From Candidatus Thorarchaeota archaeon (GTDB lineage Archaea > Asgardarchaeota > Thorarchaeia > Thorarchaeales > Thorarchaeaceae): a stretch of 43,269 nucleotides of DNA. The stretch's first letter is position 1. Each line of letters starts with the position of its first letter. Below, piece by piece: positions 17,774 through 26,204 of the stretch. The DNA lies in the NCBI GenBank assembly GCA_011364905.1, contig RDNZ01000024.1:1-43269 (forward strand), in the 5' to 3' direction. Under the pieces are notes generated by a model that saw nothing but the letters and a program-made list of their open reading frames with translations, searched no databases and was not told the origin of the DNA. The translations under genes were made by a program, and so were the position numbers.

Positions 17774-18014
17774 CCTAAATCTCTCCGTATATGGATGTAA
17801 CAAGTTCTAACAATGTCAGAGGGATAGGCCTCGATTCTGTAGATACTTACTTCGATTCCGGAGTTAGTATTTGAGTATACACTCCTAAGAAAGAACTACT
17901 CCTTGTTCTTCCGTGAAACGCAGATGCTCTTAAGCATAGTTAAGGGGATACGAGCAACAACGATTTCTTGAGATGTTTAAGTCAGACGAGGCACGAAGTC
18001 ACTGAATGCAATCT

Positions 18015-18443
18015 CTAAACGAGAATAGTCACAACAGGACAGTCAACATGTTGAATTACGTTTTCGGTGACACTCCTAGAGAATCGTCCAAGTAGACCCT
18101 TCTTTCTGCGTCTCTTCATCATAAAAACCATTGAATATTTGGAGGTGCTTGCTTCTTCAGCTATTGCTGAAGCGACATTTCGAGCTGCGACGATTTTTAT
18201 CTCAGCAGCATATCCTTGCTTGTTCAGCCAGTCTTTAAGTGGCTGGATCTTCACCTCTGAGCTTCTAAGTATCTCATCCATGCCCTCAGATTCAAGAGGA
18301 GTCGAAACTGGGGTCTCAATGACATGAAATAATGTGATATGACTTGTTTGAAACTTCAGGAGCGGAAGCATTGCGGCAACCATGTCTGAATACTCAATTT
18401 GGCCAGATACGGGCATTAGAACAGCATCATTATTCGTACCCAT
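18015..18443 (-). CDS. Universal stress protein (UspA domain)
   Basis: VLMPV, ITLFHVIE, VASAIAEEA and SVTENVIQHVDCPVVT pattern; the ATP-binding G-x2-G loop is degenerate. Confidence 0.85.
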   Translation of the reverse strand: MGTNNDAVLMPVSGQIEYSDMVAAMLPLLKFQTSHITLFHVIETPVSTPLESEGMDEILRSSEVKIQPLKDWLNKQGYAAEIKIVAARNVASAIAEEASTSKYSMVFMMKRRRKKGLLGRFSRSVTENVIQHVDCPVVTILV

Positions 18444-18459
18444 TTATCACCCTCCCGAG

Positions 18460-18726
18460 CTAATTTACTTCCATACCATCCTTTTTGTGAACATACATAA
18501 TGACACTCGAAACAGTGGTCTTCACACCGGCAATCTTCAGAATCTTATTCTTTAGCATGTTTCTGAAGTCTACTACATCATCAGCCTCCACGATAGCCAC
18601 TATATCTGACTCTCCTGTCACTTCATAGACATCAGCAACCTCAGGTAATTCTGCGAGCGCTCTTGAAACATCATCAAGGTCCCGCGACTCTATTGTTACA
18701 CTAAGAATAACACGTATCTTCGACAT
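18460..18726 (-). CDS. Stand-alone Lrp/AsnC ligand-binding (RAM) domain protein
   Basis: LPEVADVYEVTGESDIVAIV...IAGVKTTVSS; no HTH. The ATG overlaps the permease stop codon (TAATG). Confidence 0.9.
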   Translation of the reverse strand: MSKIRVILSVTIESRDLDDVSRALAELPEVADVYEVTGESDIVAIVEADDVVDFRNMLKNKILKIAGVKTTVSSVIMYVHKKDGMEVN

Positions 18727-20645
18727 TATCTTCGCACCACCATTAGTTTACCAGGAGCCACAGCAGACACAAGGGATATCATGTCCTCAAAGCCATTTCT
18801 CTTTCCCTTCTTAAACCCCTTTCCACGCAGTACTATGATGAAATCGTATTCTTCAGATGTTGCTTTTTCAGCCACGATTCTTCTCAATGAGCCCAACTGG
18901 ACGCTCAGCTTTGTATCATATCCTGATGACTCGAGGCTTGAGGCAACCTTCTCCAAGTCTGATTCAAGGAGGCGCCTGTACTCATCAGCTTTTTCTAGTG
19001 ATAGATCCCACTTGTCAGTGGAGATTATACTCATCAGAGTTAGCCTAAACCTTGCATCCAGACTGTTAGATATTGACTCGCATACTTCTTCCTTTTCTTC
19101 AGGTCGCAGAAGAACCAAGGCGTTCATCTTGTAAGTCATTGGTTTGATTGTCGCGCCAATATCCCTGCTTAGAAGAGGCTTGTCAATGTGTCGCCTATGT
19201 AGCGTATATATGATGATTCCTATGCTCATCCAGCTGAAACCCAAGAGTCGACCCATTGGATGGTAGAGTACTACGAGGATCCAAATGGAAGAACAAGCTA
19301 TCATCCCAAGAAAGCTTGGAAGTGGAATCTCGTATTGTATGCCTCTCACATTCAGTTTGAAGGAGAAGGGTACTCTCCAGGAGCGATAGGTTTCACGGTC
19401 TGTGTGTCGCAGAATGATGAGAGAAATGTTGACCATCAAATAAGAGAGGAGAGCTCCAAAGTTGTAGAGGTCTGCCACCCAGTCTAAGTGTCCAATCAGT
19501 GCCATCAATGCGCCGATGGAACCAAACACAATAATTGTCCTGACAGGTGTCCTAGTTTTGGGATTGATCTTAGAGAACCACTTTGGAAGTAGATCAAAGT
19601 TGCTCATTGAAAAGACGACCCTTGATACTCCGATTATTCCTGTATTAGAAGACACGAGACAGATGGCAAATCCTGTGAATGCGATAATAGCAAGGAAATA
19701 TACAGATTGCCCAAAGATGGGGATTGTCTGAACGAGAGCCGAAACAGGATCGGACAGGCTCGCTCCCAGAGATTCCCATGGAATCATTCCTAGACTTATG
19801 AAGGACAGACCTACCGCGAATACAAGTACCGATACGATTGACATCTTTGTTGCGCGGGGGATTATTCTGTCAGGACGCTTTGTTTCTTCAGCAGCCTGTG
19901 CAATTGATTCGATACCAATGAAAGAGCTCATCGCCAAGGTGACTGCATAGAGAAAGTTCTGATTACCATAGTCAGCGCTCCAAAGATACGAAATGTGCCC
20001 AACCTCTTCTGGCAGTCCCCTGATTACAATCTGCGAATCGAACAACCCGAGGTTAAAAGCCATGAACAAGCCAAGGATGATGATCATGGAAAGCACTCCA
20101 ATATTGAGAGCAACCATGGCTATATTGAGATTCGACGCTTCTTTGATTCCGACAATATTGATACAGATGAGGCTCAGCACAATCACAAAGGCGATGACAC
20201 CAATGGCATTCACTGACATGTGAAACCCTAGAATTGTGACAACGAAACTGGTATGTGCAAGAATAGGAAAGAAGAATGTGAGATATCCAGTTGTGGCTAT
20301 TGCGAAGAGCGCTGTACAGACTGTGTAATCCAGCATCACCAGCCAACCCGCAAGGAATCCTGCAAAGTCATTGATTGCCTTCATTGAATAGACCTGTGCA
20401 CCACCTGCGTAGGGGTATGCTGTGGCCAGCTCAGCGTATGCAAGACCGGTGGCAATGTAGGTAATTGATGCAATGATGAAAGCTATGGGTGCCCAACCAG
20501 CTGCATACGCAGCCACAAGACCAAGGGCAACGTAAATGTCAGCACCTACGTCGGCGTAACCCATAGAGAAGGATCCGAACCAACCAATATCCCTCTTGAG
20601 AGCCGCCCGTGCTGGTTGAGTTTTAGCTTCTTCACTGGAACCCAC
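18726..20645 (-). CDS. APC superfamily amino-acid/cation permease with a C-terminal USP-like domain
   Basis: GYADVGADIY, YAELATAYPYAGG, GIESIAQAAEETK.P, SR..FSMS...LP, TP; about 12 TM followed by a cytoplasmic alpha/beta tail. Start is likely GTG 20645, 8 nt after GGAGG; the track gives TTG 20660. Confidence 0.88.
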   Translation of the reverse strand: MGSSEEAKTQPARAALKRDIGWFGSFSMGYADVGADIYVALGLVAAYAAGWAPIAFIIASITYIATGLAYAELATAYPYAGGAQVYSMKAINDFAGFLAGWLVMLDYTVCTALFAIATTGYLTFFFPILAHTSFVVTILGFHMSVNAIGVIAFVIVLSLICINIVGIKEASNLNIAMVALNIGVLSMIIILGLFMAFNLGLFDSQIVIRGLPEEVGHISYLWSADYGNQNFLYAVTLAMSSFIGIESIAQAAEETKRPDRIIPRATKMSIVSVLVFAVGLSFISLGMIPWESLGASLSDPVSALVQTIPIFGQSVYFLAIIAFTGFAICLVSSNTGIIGVSRVVFSMSNFDLLPKWFSKINPKTRTPVRTIIVFGSIGALMALIGHLDWVADLYNFGALLSYLMVNISLIILRHTDRETYRSWRVPFSFKLNVRGIQYEIPLPSFLGMIACSSIWILVVLYHPMGRLLGFSWMSIGIIIYTLHRRHIDKPLLSRDIGATIKPMTYKMNALVLLRPEEKEEVCESISNSLDARFRLTLMSIISTDKWDLSLEKADEYRRLLESDLEKVASSLESSGYDTKLSVQLGSLRRIVAEKATSEEYDFIIVLRGKGFKKGKRNGFEDMISLVSAVAPGKLMVVRR

Positions 20646-20761
20646 ACTGGTAGCCTCCAAAAAAAAGGCGAGTTACTCGAAATAGACTTACCTATGAACC
20701 CCACAATAGAACTTTGAATAGTACTCAAGGATGTAGATGTTCTACACTCAATGGACCTTCA

Positions 20762-21121
20762 CTACATATCAAGAATCTCAAGCTTTCCAGCCAGCTTGAT
20801 AACGGGGAGATGGACTGTCATAGGTTCAGAACCTTCAAGATGTTCTACCCAATCAAGTGACTCCTTTGGTCGAGCCTTGTAAGCGAGGAAACTACCCTTA
20901 GGTGGACCATCACCCTCTGCATGTACCCAGAGAGGCATCCCATAATATTGATAGTAACCATGATTGGAAATCAACGTTCCATAGATGTGTTTGCCATTGT
21001 GTTCGAAGTAGAGCATACTTGCTGGTCTGTCTCTTTGCGACCAAGATACAAGCATCCGTGCCAAATCTATCATTGAGGCAATTTTCAGATTAACAGGAGG
21101 TTGAATATCATCCCGTGTCAT
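20762..21121 (-). CDS. Hypothetical protein (119 aa), resembling a small conserved TACK/Asgard protein family
   Basis: Clean ATG ORF with GGTG RBS. The DLAR...YYG.P...LPVIKL pattern is recalled from crenarchaeal conserved hypotheticals and is not verified. Confidence 0.65.
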   Translation of the reverse strand: MTRDDIQPPVNLKIASMIDLARMLVSWSQRDRPASMLYFEHNGKHIYGTLISNHGYYQYYGMPLWVHAEGDGPPKGSFLAYKARPKESLDWVEHLEGSEPMTVHLPVIKLAGKLEILDM

Positions 21122-21189
21122 TTTCTTGCACCGTTGTGCCGACAGCTGTTATAGCCTTATAAGAACAAGCATTCAGCGCAAAACAACTT

Positions 21190-23370
21190 CTAGTCTGGTA
21201 AGATGCTTCGTATCTTGCTTGCCAACTTCGCGACTACCAGTTTATTTCCGCCAATCACCACAATGGGGAGCGACACTTTGTCGTCACTGACTCCTATTGT
21301 AAACGCTGCTCGAAGACTATCAACTCTGAAGCAGACAAAGGTGAAGTCATTCTCATGAATCAACTCATGGAGTGTCATTCCTGCGGATTGCAGTCCAGAG
21401 GTGACCTCCTCAGCCAGCTCAAGTGGATCAACACCCTCTCTCTCCACAAGAAGAGTCTCTCGAACATCCTTCTCAGAAGTGAATAGAAACTTATGTGAGG
21501 CACGGCTATAGAGAACCTGCCTTGTCATTGCCTTTCCAAGAAGTAGTGCTGAAAGCGGCCCAAATTTCTTGATACGAATCTGATCAACATCTAGTTCAGT
21601 TATGGGAACACGCTCAAGCTCCCACTCCATGTCTGTTGATTTTGGTTCAGTAGGAGGCTCTTCAACCCGAGGCGCAGGTTCATCAGTGATGTCATAGTCC
21701 TGCTTTTGCTGGTCAAAGAGCGTCTTGATATAATCCTTCATCCAACCATCTAACACCTTCCAGTCTTCCTTACTGAGTTTCAATGGAGGTCTAGGGACAT
21801 CTGGAAGGTCCTCAGTAGTTGTCTCCGCAGGTTCGGGAGGCATTTCCTCAGATTCTTTCTCTTCAGGAACGGGTTCAACTTCGTCTTCTACATCCTCTGG
21901 AACCAGAAGTCGTACAGCCTCGAAAAGACCAGACAGTCTATCAGATCCTCCGTGTTTTGAAAGCCGTGGCCTTGCTTGCATGATGAAACCACGCTTGTTC
22001 TCTGTTGTCTGGTCAAAGACAAGGGCAACGCCTCTTGGCAAGCTGCTGATGAACACCTTGTCCCTAAACTGCTCAGGCATAACCGCAGGAGCTCTTTGCT
22101 GAAGCGCTCTGATATCATTGTCATGAGACAATGAATGAGAAACTATCAGGTCAGCTTGAGAGATGGCATCGTCAGATACTGCCGAAGGCTGCTGTGTACA
22201 TAGGACAAGACTGCAACCAAACCTGCGACCAAGCTTAGCATATGCAACTATGGCATCCTTGGCTGGTGTATGCCCGGACCTCGGCACAAGCGTGTGCGCC
22301 TCATCAATAATCAACCATGTTGGAGGCAGTTCCTCACGAGCGCTGGTTCCTTCATCAGTCCAAGACATCCTGTAAGTCAGGACCTGCCGACAGAGCATGT
22401 TAGTTAGAATAGCAAGCACCGGTTCTGCATCTGAACCAAGCGGCGCAACATCAATGACTGTGATCTGTCCAGCGATGGCAAGGTCCTGAGCACTGGTTCC
22501 TCCTGGATGAAACACGCCTAGCCGATCAGCCCGTTTCAGTCTTTGAATTAATGCAGTCCGTGTCGATGGCTTATAGAGCTCTTCTATAGCTGGATTAGCC
22601 TCGATGCAACGAATCATGTCCTTGATACTGAAATCACGCTTCAGGGAAACCTTCTCTCCTGAGTCCAATGCGTACCCCTTGCGAATACTATCAAGGGTCT
22701 CTCCGATGAGATTCTCCATGGTCGTACTCAGAGACCCACCTTTCTCAAGCACATAGCCCCAGTCTGACACATTCAGCTCTCGGGGACCAATGGATAGCGG
22801 AAACAATCTTGCTTTCTTCTTAACTTCGTCAGGAAGGCCCACATAGGTTCTGCGAGGAATATACACTGATACAGGAAATCCTTTGGCCTCCAGGTTCCAC
22901 TTCTTCAGGAGCTCGGCTTGGTCATCATTCTGATCTACCATCTGTCTGAACACATCGACAGTGTCAACAACAACAGCTGCAACCTCAATTTCCCTGCGTT
23001 CCATTGCAAGAGCAAGCTCTTCAGCTATGATGCCTAGTGTGTAGCTCTTTCCTGAACCTCGTTTTCCAGCCACAAACATCACATGGGGGCTCATGAGATC
23101 TAGATTGACAGGCATTCCCATCAATGATGTGAGAATATCATCTGAGGTCTCTGCAACTCCTCCAATAAAGCCTAGACCTCCCGTATAGTATTTCCTGTGG
23201 AATGACTCTGAACGGCCCAGTACAATCCCTACGCTGAGATCAACCAGTAGATCCAACGGGTCACCTATACGTGGATGATAAGAGAGCGCGGACTTGGGTA
23301 ACAGCTCCACTGGTTTGTCCAAATTGGCCGTATCAATTTCATCTTCATCTGGCGTGGATGGTTTTCTCAA
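21190..23370 (-). CDS. HerA/FtsK-superfamily ATPase (DUF87) with an acidic Pro-rich linker and a C-terminal alpha/beta domain
   Basis: Walker A GKRGSGKS, Walker B LIIDEAH, GRRFG, TQQPS, HGG. GGAGG RBS before the TTG start. Confidence 0.88.
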   Translation of the reverse strand: MRKPSTPDEDEIDTANLDKPVELLPKSALSYHPRIGDPLDLLVDLSVGIVLGRSESFHRKYYTGGLGFIGGVAETSDDILTSLMGMPVNLDLMSPHVMFVAGKRGSGKSYTLGIIAEELALAMERREIEVAAVVVDTVDVFRQMVDQNDDQAELLKKWNLEAKGFPVSVYIPRRTYVGLPDEVKKKARLFPLSIGPRELNVSDWGYVLEKGGSLSTTMENLIGETLDSIRKGYALDSGEKVSLKRDFSIKDMIRCIEANPAIEELYKPSTRTALIQRLKRADRLGVFHPGGTSAQDLAIAGQITVIDVAPLGSDAEPVLAILTNMLCRQVLTYRMSWTDEGTSAREELPPTWLIIDEAHTLVPRSGHTPAKDAIVAYAKLGRRFGCSLVLCTQQPSAVSDDAISQADLIVSHSLSHDNDIRALQQRAPAVMPEQFRDKVFISSLPRGVALVFDQTTENKRGFIMQARPRLSKHGGSDRLSGLFEAVRLLVPEDVEDEVEPVPEEKESEEMPPEPAETTTEDLPDVPRPPLKLSKEDWKVLDGWMKDYIKTLFDQQKQDYDITDEPAPRVEEPPTEPKSTDMEWELERVPITELDVDQIRIKKFGPLSALLLGKAMTRQVLYSRASHKFLFTSEKDVRETLLVEREGVDPLELAEEVTSGLQSAGMTLHELIHENDFTFVCFRVDSLRAAFTIGVSDDKVSLPIVVIGGNKLVVAKLASKIRSILPD

Positions 23371-23484
23371 GAAGGCAACCTCCGGACGACTCCTTTTTGA
23401 GTTCGGATAAAGTTTAGCCTGATAGTATTCGGAGGCGCGATTTGATTCTGGAGTGGATTAGTTTGTAGGCAAGACCCATATTAA

Positions 23485-24372
23485 CTAGACATCGTTATAA
23501 TTAATTCCAAGCTGCAACCAAACTTCTGAGTCTTGGGGAAATGCACTCTTGAAGGCCTTCAGCGTTGTGCTGTCTTGATTGAGGTATGCCAGAGCCTTAG
23601 CGAGTAGCGGCCAAGCAGCGAATCTGCTGGGATTAACTTCTATTGCTGATTTGAACGATTCAACACAATCTTCAAACAACTCAAGCTGATAGGCCACAAC
23701 ACCACGATTGTTCCATGCATTGGAGTTTTGCGGATCTAATTCTGTAGCGTGAATCAATACTTCCATCGCTTCATCGTTTCTTTTAAGCCGACTGAGTGAG
23801 TTTCCAAGACTGCTCCAACTTGCCGCCAACCTTGGCTCAATGGCCAGAGCATGCCTGAACGCATCAACTGATTCTTCTATTTGTCCCAAATCCTGCAAGG
23901 CAGTTCCAAGATTGTGCCAGGTTTCATGATTCGACGGATCCGCTTTCGCAGACATTCTGAATGCGTGGAGAGCATCCTCATGTTTAGCAAAATGAATGTA
24001 AAGGAATGCTAGATTGTACCAAGCCTTAGCATCTGAAGAATCTACTTCAGTAGCCCTTTCGGCTGCAATCGTCGCCTCGACTGGCATGCCCATTTGAAGG
24101 TAGCTACCAGAAAGATTCCGCCAGTTTTCTGAGTTGTTTGGTTCCACTTCAGTTGCTTTCTTGAAAGCTACAAGTGATTCACCAGTCCTTCCAAACATTG
24201 TCAGAGTCATTCCAAGAAAGGACCACGCATGGGCATTATTTGGATCAATCTCTGTTGCCTTACGGAGTAAAACAAGAGCATCATCAGGTTTGCTCTGGGA
24301 CAGCATCACTATACCTTGAGCTGTGAGTTCGTTGGCATCTTCCAATTTGTCGTTCTTACGTTTAAACATCAC
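23485..24372 (-). CDS. Tetratricopeptide repeat protein (about 7 TPRs)
   Basis: 34-aa periodicity of the form A.E.DP.N..AW.NLG. Confidence 0.9.
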   Translation of the reverse strand: MMFKRKNDKLEDANELTAQGIVMLSQSKPDDALVLLRKATEIDPNNAHAWSFLGMTLTMFGRTGESLVAFKKATEVEPNNSENWRNLSGSYLQMGMPVEATIAAERATEVDSSDAKAWYNLAFLYIHFAKHEDALHAFRMSAKADPSNHETWHNLGTALQDLGQIEESVDAFRHALAIEPRLAASWSSLGNSLSRLKRNDEAMEVLIHATELDPQNSNAWNNRGVVAYQLELFEDCVESFKSAIEVNPSRFAAWPLLAKALAYLNQDSTTLKAFKSAFPQDSEVWLQLGINYNDV

Positions 24373-24478
24373 AAACCCTCACAGGATTGATTGTAGCTAT
24401 GATACATATTTCTTCTGGGACATGCATATATCGAGTCGTTTAGAAAGAATCAAAACATGAGCGAGTGGGAGAAAACCT

Positions 24479-25264
24479 ATGCAAGACCGGATTCAGGATG
24501 GCAGTCATATCTTCATATTCCTAGATGGAAAGAGGAACTGGATAAGAAAGGTTGTAGCTGGAAAGGAGTTCCACTCAAACAAAGGAATCATCAAGTATGA
24601 TGATATCATTGGAAGGCCATTCGGAATCAGAATCGAGAGCCATTCAGGAACGGTCTTTCAAATACATAGACCAAGTCAAACTGACATTCAGATTGCTATG
24701 GGAAGAAACACGCAGATTGTGTACCCAAAAGATGCAGGTACAATCCTGGTTGAAGCCGGAATCAGTGCAGGGATGAGAGTAGTTGAGTCTGGCACCGGAT
24801 CAGGAGCATTAACAAGCATCCTCTCCAGAGCAGTTGGCCCGTCTGGACAGATCTTTACCTACGAGATCAGAGAAGACATGTTCAATGGAGCTAGGAAGAA
24901 TCTGGAAAAGTATGGACTCACAGAAAACATCACGATGCATCATCAAGACATTCTTGAGGGTATCAAGGAGGAAGATATCGACGCTGTCGTACTTGACCTA
25001 GCCACGCCATGGGAACTCACTGACGAGGCTCACCGAGTGCTGAAACCAAGTCGCTATATTGCAAGTTATAGTCCAACCATCGAACAGACCATGAAGACAT
25101 GCAAGGCGTTGGGGGAGAGTGGTAAGTGGGGCATGATAAAGACGCTCGAAGTCTTGGAGAGAGAGATTATGGTACGTGAGAACAAGACACGACCCACAAC
25201 TTGGATGGTCGCTCACACGGGATATCTCACATTTGCGAGAACCATGGTTGTGGATGATGAATAG
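24479..25264 (+). CDS. trmI: tRNA (adenine-57/58-N1)-methyltransferase
   Basis: RNTQIVYPKD, VVESGTGSGALT, YEIRED, LDLATPW, YSPTIEQ, TRP...HTGYL. Confidence 0.95.
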   Translation: MQDRIQDGSHIFIFLDGKRNWIRKVVAGKEFHSNKGIIKYDDIIGRPFGIRIESHSGTVFQIHRPSQTDIQIAMGRNTQIVYPKDAGTILVEAGISAGMRVVESGTGSGALTSILSRAVGPSGQIFTYEIREDMFNGARKNLEKYGLTENITMHHQDILEGIKEEDIDAVVLDLATPWELTDEAHRVLKPSRYIASYSPTIEQTMKTCKALGESGKWGMIKTLEVLEREIMVRENKTRPTTWMVAHTGYLTFARTMVVDDE

Positions 25265-25336
25265 AAAGATTAACATGGCTAAAGGCTTATATGCGTACGC
25301 GCTCATTTTATGTTGGTTGTCGATTATTGTTGACGG

Positions 25337-25675
25337 TTGTCGGAAGAAATGACGTATCACCATAAACGAGCTTCTTGTTGCAGGGAAACGAAAGAGATCC
25401 TCAACAATATACTGCAAATGAAGAAATCTGAGTATGACCTGTTTGAATCTACTCCTGATTCTGCGCTTGTGAAATCTGGCAATGAACAACGAGACGAGGT
25501 CAATGTCCTATCTAGTAATGAAACAGAAGATGTGGACGAACCAATGGAAGACATACAGAACTACGAGCCAACACAAGAGATGGACTTCAAGGCGGATGAG
25601 ATAAAGGACTGTTTAGAGAAGAAGAAAAAGAGAAGGAACTACATCGAGTTCCGTTCAAACTACGAAAAGGACTAG
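25337..25675 (+). CDS. Small acidic, probably disordered hypothetical protein; start uncertain
   Basis: Fills the gap between trmI and the wHTH gene; its stop lies directly before the next gene's GGAGG RBS. Confidence 0.55.
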   Translation: MSEEMTYHHKRASCCRETKEILNNILQMKKSEYDLFESTPDSALVKSGNEQRDEVNVLSSNETEDVDEPMEDIQNYEPTQEMDFKADEIKDCLEKKKKRRNYIEFRSNYEKD

Positions 25676-25686
25676 GAGGGGTATTA

Positions 25687-26064
25687 ATGCAAGATGAAAA
25701 GGAATTAAACAAACTCCGAAAGGAAGTTAATGAGTTACGAGAAACCGTCTATACTCTAAAGGATACGATTGTAGAACTCACGAGTAAATTGAAACTCACA
25801 CCTGATGCTGGAACGCCATATGACAAAGGCCAATACAATGTATTTAGTGATCGTGGAAATTGTTTGGAAGGAGACCTAAGTTGGAATCGGTTGATGAACC
25901 TACTGAACGAGGAGGATTTTGGCCTTACAGCGACGGAGCTTGCAGAAAAATGGGGGAGGTCTCGCTCTAGGACCAGCGAGGTCTTGAACAAGCTTGTTGA
26001 TGAGGGACATCTCGTAAAGATTCGCGATGGTCGTCAGATAAGATTTAGAACTGCAGACGAGTAG
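25687..26064 (+). CDS. Coiled-coil + winged helix-turn-helix DNA-binding protein
   Basis: N-terminal heptads followed by LTATELAEKWGRSRSRTSEVLNKLVDEGHLVKIRDGR. Confidence 0.85.
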   Translation: MQDEKELNKLRKEVNELRETVYTLKDTIVELTSKLKLTPDAGTPYDKGQYNVFSDRGNCLEGDLSWNRLMNLLNEEDFGLTATELAEKWGRSRSRTSEVLNKLVDEGHLVKIRDGRQIRFRTADE

Positions 26065-26204
26065 GCCACTCAGGTTATTTCACTCTTTGTCAAATGTTGT
26101 TGACGCGCAGGTAGGCGGCAGAAGCTACCAAAGTCAGCGCAAGTACGCTTAAGTAAGAGTAAGTTGCTTTTTCATGGTGCGCGACTTTCGAGGAGGTAGC
26201 TCAA

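Noticed and set aside
20646-20728. A8/T8 run at 20659-20666 as a slippage or phase-variation site joining ORF 20546-20728 to the permease
   Set aside because: GGAGG plus GTG 20645 gives a complete permease downstream of the run. The run is more simply a T-rich terminator or leader element.
21190-24372. HerA plus TPR as a DNA-repair (HerA-NurA) or anti-phage (Sir2-HerA-type) system
   Set aside because: No nurA, mre11, rad50, sirtuin or nuclease partner is adjacent, and the neighbours are housekeeping genes.
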